Of a stretch of 64,000 nucleotides of DNA, positions 10,762-20,717 are shown piece by piece (the first letter of the stretch is position 1; each line of letters opens with the position of its first letter). The stretch is from an uncultured delta proteobacterium (GTDB taxonomy: Bacteria; Myxococcota; Myxococcia; Myxococcales; Anaeromyxobacteraceae): assembly GCA_963828255.1 (NCBI GenBank), contig CAWHDZ010000011.1, forward strand, positions 192,001 through 256,000, read 5' to 3'. The position numbers were made by a program, and so were the translations under genes. The notes below the pieces were generated by a model that saw only the letters and a program-made list of their open reading frames with translations, was not told where the DNA came from and did no database searches.

Positions 10762-11465
10762 GCCGGCCCCTGGGTCGAGGCGGCCACGGCGCTGCAGGCC
10801 GGGCAGCCCGCGCGGATGCGGAGGGGCACCAGGCGCGACCGGCCGGAGCGGGCCTCGAAGGCCACGAGCCGACCTGCGTAGGCGCCCCGCTCGCCGGCCA
10901 GGAGGCGCAGGGCCTCGGCCCCCATCAGCGCACCGGCGAATCCGGCCAGGGCCCCCAGCACCCCGGCCTGGGCGCAGGTGGGCACCGTACCCTCGGCCGG
11001 CGGCGCCTCGAAGAGGCAGCGGAGGCAGCCGGTCTTGCCGGGCATGACGGTGAGGAACTGGGCGGTGTAGCGGAGCACGGCGCCGTGGACCAGCGGCCGC
11101 CGGGCGGCGAGCGCCACGTCGTTGGCCAGGAAGCGGGTGGCGAAGTTGTCGGAGGCGTCCACGACCACGTCGCAGCCGCGCACGAGGTCCTCGGCGCAGT
11201 CGGGGCCGAAGCGCAGGTCCCGCCCCTCGACCCTCACCTCGGGATGGAGCAACGAGATGCGCGCCGCCGCGACCGGCGCCTTGCGCTTCCCCAGGTCGGC
11301 GTCGCCGAAGAGGGGCTGCCGGTTCAGGTTGGAGAGCTCGACCTCGTCCTCGTCGAGGAGGACGAGCCTCCCGACCCCTCCCGCGGCGAGCGCCAGCGCG
11401 GCCGGGCCGCCCAGGCCTCCCGCTCCGATGACCAGCACGCTCGCGCCCGACAGCTTCACGGCCAT
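10758..11465 (-). CDS. ThiF/MoeB-family adenylyltransferase (E1-like) lacking the N-terminal RYxRQ helix
   Basis: GAGGLG, ELSNLNRQ, DASDN, CLRC, PTCAQAGVLG, CPAC. Confidence 0.92.
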   Translation of the reverse strand: MAVKLSGASVLVIGAGGLGGPAALALAAGGVGRLVLLDEDEVELSNLNRQPLFGDADLGKRKAPVAAARISLLHPEVRVEGRDLRFGPDCAEDLVRGCDVVVDASDNFATRFLANDVALAARRPLVHGAVLRYTAQFLTVMPGKTGCLRCLFEAPPAEGTVPTCAQAGVLGALAGFAGALMGAEALRLLAGERGAYAGRLVAFEARSGRSRLVPLRIRAGCPACSAVAASTQGPA

Positions 11466-11479
11466 CCGGACCTTCTAAC

Positions 11480-11854
11480 CTAGAATGAGAGGACGTGCCC
11501 CTGGCCGGCGGTGCGCCACTGGTCGGGGAGGCTGCGGACCGCGTCCAGGTGCGGGCGGGCCGCATCCGGGTCGATCCCGGCCAGCCGGAGCTCGGTGCCG
11601 CAGGCCACGACCTCCACCCCCAGGTCGCGCCTCCCGTCCTCGACCATCTGGCGGAGCGAGCCCACCAGCGAGGCCTCCGGCGCCGCCGGGCAGCCCTCGT
11701 CGAAGCGCCCCTCCACCCAGGCGCGCAGCGGCTCCCCGGAGAGGGCGATCGACACCCGGTGGCCGAATGCGGCCGCCGTGAGCGCGACCGAGGCGGCGCG
11801 CCGGCGCGCGTCCCAGCCGGCGCCTCCGAGCAGGATGAGGCAAGGCTTGCCCAT
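11480..11854 (-). CDS. DsrE/DsrF-like protein
   Basis: 124 aa; AASVALTAAAFGHRVSIAL and EVVACGTEL fit the DsrE fold; GAGGAG RBS. Confidence 0.7.
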   Translation of the reverse strand: MGKPCLILLGGAGWDARRRAASVALTAAAFGHRVSIALSGEPLRAWVEGRFDEGCPAAPEASLVGSLRQMVEDGRRDLGVEVVACGTELRLAGIDPDAARPHLDAVRSLPDQWRTAGQGHVLSF

Positions 11855-11891
11855 GTCGTCCTCCTCTGCTAGAAACCGACCCGCTTTCAAC

Positions 11892-11976
11892 GCCCAGGTG
11901 GTGAAACTGGTAGACACACCATCTTGAGGGGGTGGCGCCGTAAGGCGTGCGAGTTCGAATCTCGCCCTGGGCACCA
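11892..11976 (+). tRNA. tRNA-Leu(GAG)
   Basis: GCCCAGG/CCTGGGC acceptor stem, anticodon loop TTGAGGG, long variable arm, GTTCGAATC T-loop, encoded CCA. Confidence 0.97.
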
Positions 11977-11994
11977 GTCATCGCGCCGAAGAGG

Positions 11995-12021
11995 AAGGGA
12001 CCCGTCGCCGGGTCCCTTTTT
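11995..12021 (+). terminator. Rho-independent terminator between tRNA-Leu and convergent secG
   Basis: AAGGGACCCG-tcgc-CGGGTCCCTT followed by a T run. Confidence 0.85.
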
Positions 12022-12048
12022 CGTTTCCGGGGGCGCGAGGCCCCCAGG

Positions 12049-12405
12049 TCACTTCGCCGGGGCGGGCGCGGGTGCGGCCGGCGCGCCCTGGACGGGCAGC
12101 GCGGGAGCCGACTGCAGCGGGGCCGACTGCACGGGGGCCGGCGCGGTGGGCGCCGGGGCCTCCTTGACCACCGACCCGGAGCGGGTCGAGAGGTAGGAGA
12201 GCGAGAGGGAGGTGAGCATGAAGACCGCCGCCGAGGCGGAGGTCACCTTGCCGAGGAAGGTCTGCGCCCCGCGCCCTCCGAAGACGGCCTGCGTGCTGCC
12301 GCCGAAGGCTCCGCCAAGCCCGCTGCCCTTTCCGGCCTGGAGCAGGATGACGATGACGAGGACGGCCGAGACGATGACGTGGAGGACGATGAGAAAGGTG
12401 TTCAA
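12049..12405 (-). CDS. secG: Preprotein translocase subunit SecG
   Basis: [20 protein letters not shown], two TM helices; lies between tpiA and tRNA-Leu; TTG start. Confidence 0.93.
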   Translation of the reverse strand: MNTFLIVLHVIVSAVLVIVILLQAGKGSGLGGAFGGSTQAVFGGRGAQTFLGKVTSASAAVFMLTSLSLSYLSTRSGSVVKEAPAPTAPAPVQSAPLQSAPALPVQGAPAAPAPAPAK

Positions 12406-13163
12406 CGGATGGCTCCCTGGATGATCCCTGTGAAGTCTACTGCCTTGAGGCTGGCTCCGCCCACCAGCGCGCCGTCGACGTCGGGCTGCGACAGGAGCTC
12501 GGCTGCGTTGTCGGGCTTGACCGACCCGCCGTAGAGGATGCGGACGGAGTCGGCGACGCCCTGGGCCAGCTCCCGGAGGATGGCGCGGATGGCGGCGTGG
12601 ACCTCCTGCGCCTGGGCCGAGGTGGCGGTCTTCCCGGTTCCGATGGCCCAGACCGGCTCGTAGGCCACGGTCAGGCTGCCCACCTGGGCCGGGGTGAGGC
12701 CGGAGAGCGCGGCGCGGACCTGCCGGCCCACCACCTCGAGGGTGCGGCTCGACTCGCGCTCGGGCAGGGTCTCGCCCACGCAGACGACGGGGTGCAGGCC
12801 GGCGGCCAGCGCCGCCCGGGTCTTCTTCTGGACCGCCTCGTCGGTGTCCCCGAAGAACTGGCGCCTCTCGCTGTGGCCGCAGAGGACGTACCGGCACCCG
12901 GCGTCGACGAGCATGGGGGCGGACACCTCGCCGGTGAAGGCCCCCTGAGACTCCCAGTGAAGGTTCTGCGCCGCGAGCCCGATGCGCGATCCGGCCAGCT
13001 CGGCGGCGACCGCGAAGAGCGCCGTGAACGGCGGCGCCACGGCCACGTCCACGCGGTCGGCCAGCGGCTCGGCGGCCGCGCGGAGCTCGCGCACCAGCGC
13101 GCGCGCCTCGGCGGCGGTGCGGTGCATCTTCCAGTTGCCGCAGACGAACTTCTTCCTGGCCAC
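12402..13163 (-). CDS. tpiA: Triosephosphate isomerase
   Basis: [36 protein letters not shown]. Confidence 0.97.
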   Translation of the reverse strand: MARKKFVCGNWKMHRTAAEARALVRELRAAAEPLADRVDVAVAPPFTALFAVAAELAGSRIGLAAQNLHWESQGAFTGEVSAPMLVDAGCRYVLCGHSERRQFFGDTDEAVQKKTRAALAAGLHPVVCVGETLPERESSRTLEVVGRQVRAALSGLTPAQVGSLTVAYEPVWAIGTGKTATSAQAQEVHAAIRAILRELAQGVADSVRILYGGSVKPDNAAELLSQPDVDGALVGGASLKAVDFTGIIQGAIR

Positions 13164-13165
13164 GT

Positions 13166-14362
13166 TCACTCCTCGAGGATCTTGACGCCGGGGAGCTCGC
13201 GCCCCTCGATGAATTCCAGGCTGGCGCCGCCTCCCGTGGAGACGTGCTTCATCCTGTCCACCAGCCCGGCCTCCTCCACCGCCGCGGCGCTGTCCCCGCC
13301 GCCCACCACGGTGATGGCCGGCGACTCGGCCATGGCCCGGGCCACTCCGAACGTGCCCTCGGCCCATGGCTTCTGCTCGAAGAGCCCCATGGGGCCGTTC
13401 CAGAAGACGGTCTTCGCGGCCAGGATGCGCTGCCGGTAGCGGTCCAGCGTCTTCGGGCCGATGTCGAGCCCCATGAGGCCGTCGGGGATGGCCTGGGCGT
13501 TCACCACGACCCGCTCGGCCGTCTCCTTGGGCTCGGCGCCGCAGACGTGGTCCACCGGGAGCTCGAAGTCCAACCCCTTGGCCTTGGCCTTGTCGAGGAT
13601 CTGCCGGGCCAGCTCGAGCTTGTCCTGCTCGACGCGGCTCTTGCCGACCGGTACGCCCTTGGCGGCCAGGAAGGTGTAGGCCATGGCGCCGCCGATGAGC
13701 ACCGAGTCGGCCTTGCCGATGAGGTTCTCGAGCACCTTGATCTTGTCGGAGACCTTGGCGCCGCCCAGGATGGCGACGAAGGGGCGCTCCGGCTTCGCGA
13801 GCACGCGGCCGAGGTACTCGACCTCCTTCTGGATCAGGAAGCCTCCCGCCTTCTCCTTGACGAACCTCGCCATGCCCGCGGTGGATGCGTGGGCCCGGTG
13901 CGCCGTGCCGAAGGCGTCGTTCACCCAGACGTCGGCGAGGGACGCGAGCTCGCGGCAGAAGCCCTCGTCGTTTGCCTCCTCGCCCTTGTGGAAGCGGAGG
14001 TTCTCGAGGAGGAGCACCCTGCCCTCGCCGAGGTCCGCGACCGCCTTCTTCACGCCGTCGCCGATGCAGTCGTCGGCCAGGATGACATCGGCGCCGAGCA
14101 GCTCGGAGAGACGCTGCGCCGCCGGCTCGAGCGTGAACTTCGCCTTGTCGGAGGGATTGCCCTTGGGGCGCCCGAGGTGGGAGGCCAGGATGACCCTGGC
14201 CTTCTTCGCGATGGCGTGGCGGATGGTGGGGAGCGCGGCGCGGATGCGGGCGTCGTCGGTGACCCGCCCCTTGTCGTCGAGCGGGACGTTGAAGTCCACG
14301 CGGATGAAGACCCGCTTGCCGGCGAGGTCGAGCTGGTCGATGGTCCGGATCTGGGCCGCCAT
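13166..14362 (-). CDS. pgk: Phosphoglycerate kinase
   Basis: [35 protein letters not shown]. Confidence 0.98.
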   Translation of the reverse strand: MAAQIRTIDQLDLAGKRVFIRVDFNVPLDDKGRVTDDARIRAALPTIRHAIAKKARVILASHLGRPKGNPSDKAKFTLEPAAQRLSELLGADVILADDCIGDGVKKAVADLGEGRVLLLENLRFHKGEEANDEGFCRELASLADVWVNDAFGTAHRAHASTAGMARFVKEKAGGFLIQKEVEYLGRVLAKPERPFVAILGGAKVSDKIKVLENLIGKADSVLIGGAMAYTFLAAKGVPVGKSRVEQDKLELARQILDKAKAKGLDFELPVDHVCGAEPKETAERVVVNAQAIPDGLMGLDIGPKTLDRYRQRILAAKTVFWNGPMGLFEQKPWAEGTFGVARAMAESPAITVVGGGDSAAAVEEAGLVDRMKHVSTGGGASLEFIEGRELPGVKILEE

Positions 14363-14380
14363 GATCTCCCCCGGCCTTCC

Positions 14381-15382
<1,002 letters not shown>

Positions 15383-15431
15383 GACAGGGGCCTCCCTCTC
15401 CCGGATTGCCGGGGATGGTAAATGGGCCGCA

Positions 15432-15460
15432 AAGCTACTCGCGGGGCCACGGGGTGTCAA
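15432..15460 (-). promoter_or_regulatory. Sigma70 promoter of the gap-pgk-tpiA-secG operon
   Basis: TTGACA-17 nt-TAGCTT on the minus strand. Confidence 0.75.
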
Positions 15461-15556
15461 ACGCAAACCCTTGGTAGTTCAGGGCCTTGAAAAACGTGAA
15501 ACGGCGCCGGGTTCGAGCCGGCGCCGCCGTCCTGCGCGGTGGTCGGGAGCGGCCGC

Positions 15557-15757
15557 CTAGGGGGCCAGCGCCTCGGAGGATGCCTCGACGGAGGGCCGGG
15601 CGTCTCCCTGGGCGCGCAGGTCGCGGGTCACGAGGTCGATGAGCTCGGTGGAGAGCCCCAGGATCTGGTTGGCGTTGTAGCCGCTGGCGCGAAGCTCCTT
15701 GAAGAGGGACTTGGCGAGGATCTTGGTTCCCTTGGCGTCGAGCATGGGTGCGAGCAT
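15557..15757 (-). CDS. Small hypothetical protein (62-66 aa)
   Basis: Amphipathic ILAKSLFKELRASGYNANQILGLSTELIDLV; GAGAGGA RBS; sigma54-like promoter upstream. Confidence 0.75.
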   Translation of the reverse strand: MLAPMLDAKGTKILAKSLFKELRASGYNANQILGLSTELIDLVTRDLRAQGDARPSVEASSEALAP

Positions 15758-15807
15758 CGGTGTCCTCTCGGGCGGCAGCCGCCCAGTGAACCAGCGATGG
15801 ATGTCCT

Positions 15808-15823
15808 AGCAACGCCCAGGCCA
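15808..15823 (-). promoter_or_regulatory. Putative sigma54 (-24/-12) promoter
   Basis: TGGCCTG-GGCG-TTGCT about 50 nt upstream of the small gene. Confidence 0.6.
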
Positions 15824-15995
15824 GCCAGGACAAAGCGGTCACTTTCAGCAATGTCGGGCGCTTGCCAGCGCGACATCTCCCCCTGAGACGCGCCGGTGCG
15901 TAGCACCTTACGCACGGGCCCCCTCCGGGGCGGGAGGCATGCGCGAAGGCTGCTTCGCAGCGCCGACAGCTTCCCGAAGCTAGATAGCCACCCCC

Positions 15996-17588
15996 GTGCG
16001 CTACCGCGTCCCCGGAATCCAGCTCTGGCTCGACGAGCCGGCCGACACGCTCGAGCGGCGCGTGGCCGAGCGGCTGGGCGTGCGACGGGACGACCTGTTG
16101 CGCGTCTCGGTGTCCCGGAGGTCGCTCGACGCACGCCGCAAGGGACATCCACGCTGGGTCATCGACGCGGAGGTGGAGCTCGAGGGCGACCTCCCCGCCC
16201 TGCCCACCGGGGTGGACCCCATGCCCGAGCCGGAGCCGCCGCCGCGCCCCGTCCGCGCGCCCGACCTCCCGCCGGTCATCCTGGGAGCGGGTCCGGCCGG
16301 GCTCTTCTGCGCCTGGGGACTGCTGGAGCGCGGCGTCCGGTCGGTCGTGGTGGACCGCGGCAAGCAGGTGAGCCCGCGGCGCCGCGACGTGGCCAGCCTG
16401 ATGCGCGACGGCAGTCTCGACCCGGAGTCGAACATGAACTTCGGCGAGGGGGGCGCCGGCGCCTACACCGACGGGAAGCTCTCCACCCGCATCCGCCACC
16501 CCGCCGTGCGCAAGGTGGTCGAGCTCTTCGCACGCTTCGGGAAGGCCGAGGAGATCAAGGTCCAGGGCAAGCCGCACGTCGGCTCGGACGTGCTGCCCGC
16601 CGCGGTGTCGGCCATGCGCGAGGAGCTGGAGCGGGGCGGCTGCGTGTTCTTGTGGAACGCGCGGGCCACCGACGTCGAGGTCGCCCTCGGGCGGGTCCGC
16701 GGCCTCGTGCTCGCCGACGGGCGCACCCTCCCCTGCGACCGGCTGGTGCTCGCACCGGGGAACAGCGCCCGCGAGCTCTACGAGCGCTTCGCGGCCCGCG
16801 GCTGGGCCCTCGAGGCGAAGCCCTTCGCGGTCGGGTTCCGGGTGGAGCACCCGCAGTCGCTCATCGACCGGATCCAGTACGGCCGCGCCGCCGGGGCCGA
16901 GGGGCTACCCGCCGCCGACTACCGGCTCGCCGAGAACCCCAGCGTGGGCGGGAAGGCCCGCGGCGTCTTCTCGTTCTGCATGTGCCCGGGTGGCGTGGTG
17001 GTGCCCACCCCCACCGAGCCGGAGATGCAGGTCACGAACGGCATGTCCAACTCCGGGCGCTCCTCCCCGCTCGCCAACGCAGGCCTGGTGGTGGCGGTCT
17101 CGCCGGACGACTTCGCGACCGAGGGATTCACCGGGCCGCTCGCCGGCCTCGAGTGGCAACGCAAGTGGGAGCGTGCGGCCTACACCCTCGGCGGTGGTGG
17201 GTACCGCGCGCCGGCGCAGCGCCTCTCCGCCTGGCTCTCCGGCCAGCCTGGGCAGCCCCCCGGGAAGAGCTCCTACAGGCCCGGGCTCACCCATGCCGAC
17301 CTGTCCCGGCTCTACCCGCCCCAGGTCCACGAGGCGCTTCGGGCCGCGGTCCGGGGCTTCGAGCACCGCATGCGCGGGTTCATCTCGGACGAGGCCCTGC
17401 TCATCGGGATCGAGAGCCGCACCAGCGCTCCCTGCCGCATCCCCAGGGGCGAGGACATGCAGGCGCCCGGGCTCCTGGGGCTCTACCCGGCCGGCGAGGG
17501 AGCCGGCCACGCCGGCGGGATCGTCTCGTCGGCGGTGGACGGCATGAAGGTGGCCGAGGCCATCTGCCGGGAGCTCGGCGAGCCGTAG
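15996..17588 (+). CDS. FAD-dependent oxidoreductase (uncharacterised family)
   Basis: GAGPAG, FGEGGAGAYTDGKL, SFCMCPGG, GEGAGHAGGIVSSAVDG. Confidence 0.88.
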   Translation: MRYRVPGIQLWLDEPADTLERRVAERLGVRRDDLLRVSVSRRSLDARRKGHPRWVIDAEVELEGDLPALPTGVDPMPEPEPPPRPVRAPDLPPVILGAGPAGLFCAWGLLERGVRSVVVDRGKQVSPRRRDVASLMRDGSLDPESNMNFGEGGAGAYTDGKLSTRIRHPAVRKVVELFARFGKAEEIKVQGKPHVGSDVLPAAVSAMREELERGGCVFLWNARATDVEVALGRVRGLVLADGRTLPCDRLVLAPGNSARELYERFAARGWALEAKPFAVGFRVEHPQSLIDRIQYGRAAGAEGLPAADYRLAENPSVGGKARGVFSFCMCPGGVVVPTPTEPEMQVTNGMSNSGRSSPLANAGLVVAVSPDDFATEGFTGPLAGLEWQRKWERAAYTLGGGGYRAPAQRLSAWLSGQPGQPPGKSSYRPGLTHADLSRLYPPQVHEALRAAVRGFEHRMRGFISDEALLIGIESRTSAPCRIPRGEDMQAPGLLGLYPAGEGAGHAGGIVSSAVDGMKVAEAICRELGEP

Positions 17589-17615
17589 CGCCGGCCGCCC
17601 GGCCAGGGGCGAGGT

Positions 17616-17978
17616 CTACGTCCCCGCCCTGCCGTAGGCGTCCTCGAGCCGCACCACGTCCTGCACCTCGGGGGTCGAGACCTCGAGGATGTCGCAGTCG
17701 GTGATCGCCACCATGCGGTGCTTCGTGAAGGGCTTCACGTGGTAGCTCTCGCCGGGGCGCATGACGTGCTCGACGAGCCCCTCCCCCTCGTCGAGGACGA
17801 GCCGGAGCTCGCCGCTCCAGAGGTGGATCGTCTCGTCCTTCTTCTCGTGGTACTGCAGCGAGAGCTTCTGGCCGGCCTTCACGTGCAGGAGCTTCCCCAC
17901 GTAGCGATCGGTCTGGGCCCACCAGAGCTCGTGCCCCCAGGGCTTCTCGACGCGCTTCGGCTGGTCGAACTTCTTCAC
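17616..17978 (-). CDS. Cupin protein (mannose-6-phosphate isomerase type II C-terminal-like)
   Basis: KPWGHE, LSLQYHEKKDET, DVVRLEDAYGR. Confidence 0.85.
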   Translation of the reverse strand: MKKFDQPKRVEKPWGHELWWAQTDRYVGKLLHVKAGQKLSLQYHEKKDETIHLWSGELRLVLDEGEGLVEHVMRPGESYHVKPFTKHRMVAITDCDILEVSTPEVQDVVRLEDAYGRAGT

Positions 17979-17994
17979 GGGGCGGCCTCCTGGC

Positions 17995-18855
17995 TCAGTT
18001 GGCGCTGGCGACGAATCCCTTCGCTCCGGTGCTCTTCTCCATGTCCTTGAGGTAGCGGTCGGCGGCCTCGCGGGACTCGAAGGAGCCCACCCGGACGCGG
18101 TACCAGCGCCCCTTCCCGGGGACGTCGGCCACGGTCACCTTGGCTCCCCTGGAGGCGAAGCGGGCGGCGATCCGGTCGGCCTCGAAGCGCTCCTGCGTGG
18201 ACCCCACCTGGACCACCCATGCCCCCCTGGCCGAGGCGGGCGGCCGGAACGCAGGGGTGGCAGCCGCGGCGGAGGGCGGCGGGGCCGGCTTCTGCTCGGG
18301 CTTCGGTTCGGGCTTGGCCGCCGGCTTCGGTGCGGGTGGCGTGGATGGCGCAGCGACCGCGGCTGCGCTGGTCGGGGCTGCGGATGCCGGCGCTGGGTTG
18401 GTCGTCGAAGGAGTGGTGGTGGATGCGGCGAGCGCCGCAGAAGCCGCAGGTGCGGCGGAGGGAGCGACCGACGGCGAGGGCGAGGGCGCGACCACGACCG
18501 GAGCCTGGACCTTGCCCGGAGCCGGTGAGGGAGCCTGCGCCCCCTGGACCTTGGGAGCAGGGGGGAGCCGGTCCGGGGGGGGCCGGGGGCTCGTCAGCGA
18601 ATCGTGGAAGGTGAGCCGGGTCGACGGCTCGGTGCGGGGAGCGTTGTCGAGGGCCGCGAGCGCATCGGCGGGCGGAGGCGCCTTCGCCGCGGGTCGCGAA
18701 GCCGCGGCAGGACGCTCGGCCACGCCCTGTCCGAGCGCGTGCCCCAGGAAGAAGGCGAGCCCGAGCGCGCCGAGCGATCCCAGGATCACCCCGGCCACCT
18801 GCCTCGCGTCGAGGGAGAAGTCGAACCTCTCCCGTGCTGGTCTGTTTCCCGCCAT
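17995..18855 (-). CDS. SPOR-domain membrane protein (FtsN/DedD-like)
   Basis: N-terminal TM helix, Pro/Ala linker, WVVQVGS...WYRVRVGSF; follows argS. Confidence 0.88.
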   Translation of the reverse strand: MAGNRPARERFDFSLDARQVAGVILGSLGALGLAFFLGHALGQGVAERPAAASRPAAKAPPPADALAALDNAPRTEPSTRLTFHDSLTSPRPPPDRLPPAPKVQGAQAPSPAPGKVQAPVVVAPSPSPSVAPSAAPAASAALAASTTTPSTTNPAPASAAPTSAAAVAAPSTPPAPKPAAKPEPKPEQKPAPPPSAAAATPAFRPPASARGAWVVQVGSTQERFEADRIAARFASRGAKVTVADVPGKGRWYRVRVGSFESREAADRYLKDMEKSTGAKGFVASAN

Positions 18856-18885
18856 GGTCGGATCCCCGCTGGGCCCGGACCGATT

Positions 18886-20673
18886 CTAGACGTCTTCGGC
18901 GAGGTCTCTACTTTCCATCCGCTCGGGGGCCGAGACGCCCAGGATGGTGAGCCCGTTGGCGAGCGCCTGCTTGAGGGCCAGGGCCAGGGCCAGCCGGGCC
19001 GCCGTCTTCACCGGGTCGGCGCCGATGAAGCGCTCTCCGGTCCGCTTTCCCTGCGTGTAGTAGGAGTGGAAGGCCCCGATGGTCTCCTGCAGCCAGAAGG
19101 CCACGCGGTGCGGCTCCCAGGCCAGAGCGGCGCCGGCCACCATGTCGGGGAAGGAGAGGATGCGCTTCACGAGATCCATCTCCTCCGGCGCCTTCAGCAC
19201 CGAGAGCGTCTCGGCGTCGAAGCGGGCCTGCGGGGCGCCGGCGGCGGCCGCCTTCTCGAGGATGCGGGCCAGCCGTGCGTGGCCGTACTGCACGTAGAAG
19301 ACGGGGTTGTCGAGGGTCTGCCGCTTGGCCAGCTCCAGGTCGAAGTCGAGCTGGGCGTCGGCGCGGCGGGTGAGGAAGATGAACCGGGTGGCGTCGCGCC
19401 CCACCTCGTCCACCACCTCCTGGAGCGAGACCACCGTGCCGGCCCGCTTGGACATCTTCACCGCCTCGCCGCCGCGGGTCAGGTTCACCATCTGGATGAG
19501 CACGACGTGCAGGTCGCGGCGGGAAGCGCCGAGCGCCTCCAGCGCGGCCTCGAGCCGGGGCACGTAGCCCCCGTGGTCGGCGCCCAGCACGTCGATGAGC
19601 AGGTCGGCCCGCTGCCGCTTGTCCCAGTGGTAGGCGATGTCGGCGCAGAAGTAGGTGGGCGTCCCGTCGGCCTTCTTCACCGGCCGGTCCACCTCGTCGC
19701 CGTGGCGGGAGGAGCGGAAGAGAAGCAGGTTCTCGCTCTCGGTGATCCCCTCCTCGTTCGGCGCAGCGACGACGGGCGCCGGCTGCCCCTTCTTCGACTT
19801 GGGGGGCGGGAGCTTCCCCCAGTAGACGAGGTCCTTCGCCTCGAGCTCCTCGAGGAAGCGCTGGACCGTTCCCGACTCGTAGAGCCGCTTCTCCGAGGAC
19901 CAGACGTCGAAGGAGATGTGGACGGCCTCGAGATCGCTCTTGATCATGCCGAGCACGTGGGCGACGGCGCGGTCGCGGAAGAGGTCGAGCCAGTCGGCCT
20001 CGGGTGCGTCGAGGAAGCGCGGTCCGAACTCGGCCTCCAGGGACCGGGCGATCTCGATGACGTAGGCCCCCGGGTAGCTCTTGGGAGGCATGGTCACCGC
20101 CCGGCCGAGCAGTTCCTGGTAGCGCAGGTGGACGGAGCGGGCCAGGGTCTGGACCTGGGCCCCGTAGTCGTTGACGTAGTACTCCCGGGTGACGACGTGG
20201 CCGCTCCAGTCGAGCAGGCTCGCCACCGCGTCGCCGGTGACGCCTCCCCGGCCGTGCCCCACGTGCATGGGGCCGGTGGGGTTGGCCGAGACGAACTCGA
20301 CGTTGACCCGCTTCCCCTGCCCCACGTCGCTCCGGCCGAAGCGAGCCCCCTGCCGCTCCACGTCGGCGAGGCCGGCCAGCCACACCTCCGGGCGCAGCTT
20401 CAGATTCACGAACCCCGGACCGGCGATCTCCATCGACTCGATGGTGCGTCCACCGTCCTCGGCGCGGATGGCCTCGACGATGCCCTGGGCCAGTTCGCGC
20501 GGAGGGCGCCCCGCCGGCTTCGCGAGCACCATCGCCGCGTTGACGGCGAAGTCCCCGTGACGGGGGTCGCGCGGCGGATCGACGGTGAAGGGGGTCTCGA
20601 GCGCGGGCCAGCGCCCCTCGGCGGCACCGCGGGAGAGCGCCCTTCGCACGACGTCGACGACGTGTTGTCGCAT
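18886..20673 (-). CDS. argS: Arginyl-tRNA synthetase
   Basis: EFVSANPTGPMHVGHGR, KMSKRAG, YVQYGHAR. Confidence 0.97.
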   Translation of the reverse strand: MRQHVVDVVRRALSRGAAEGRWPALETPFTVDPPRDPRHGDFAVNAAMVLAKPAGRPPRELAQGIVEAIRAEDGGRTIESMEIAGPGFVNLKLRPEVWLAGLADVERQGARFGRSDVGQGKRVNVEFVSANPTGPMHVGHGRGGVTGDAVASLLDWSGHVVTREYYVNDYGAQVQTLARSVHLRYQELLGRAVTMPPKSYPGAYVIEIARSLEAEFGPRFLDAPEADWLDLFRDRAVAHVLGMIKSDLEAVHISFDVWSSEKRLYESGTVQRFLEELEAKDLVYWGKLPPPKSKKGQPAPVVAAPNEEGITESENLLLFRSSRHGDEVDRPVKKADGTPTYFCADIAYHWDKRQRADLLIDVLGADHGGYVPRLEAALEALGASRRDLHVVLIQMVNLTRGGEAVKMSKRAGTVVSLQEVVDEVGRDATRFIFLTRRADAQLDFDLELAKRQTLDNPVFYVQYGHARLARILEKAAAAGAPQARFDAETLSVLKAPEEMDLVKRILSFPDMVAGAALAWEPHRVAFWLQETIGAFHSYYTQGKRTGERFIGADPVKTAARLALALALKQALANGLTILGVSAPERMESRDLAEDV

Positions 20674-20717
20674 GGGGGCACGGTCATACCCGCGCCCGCC
20701 GCCCCCGGCAAGCAGCC

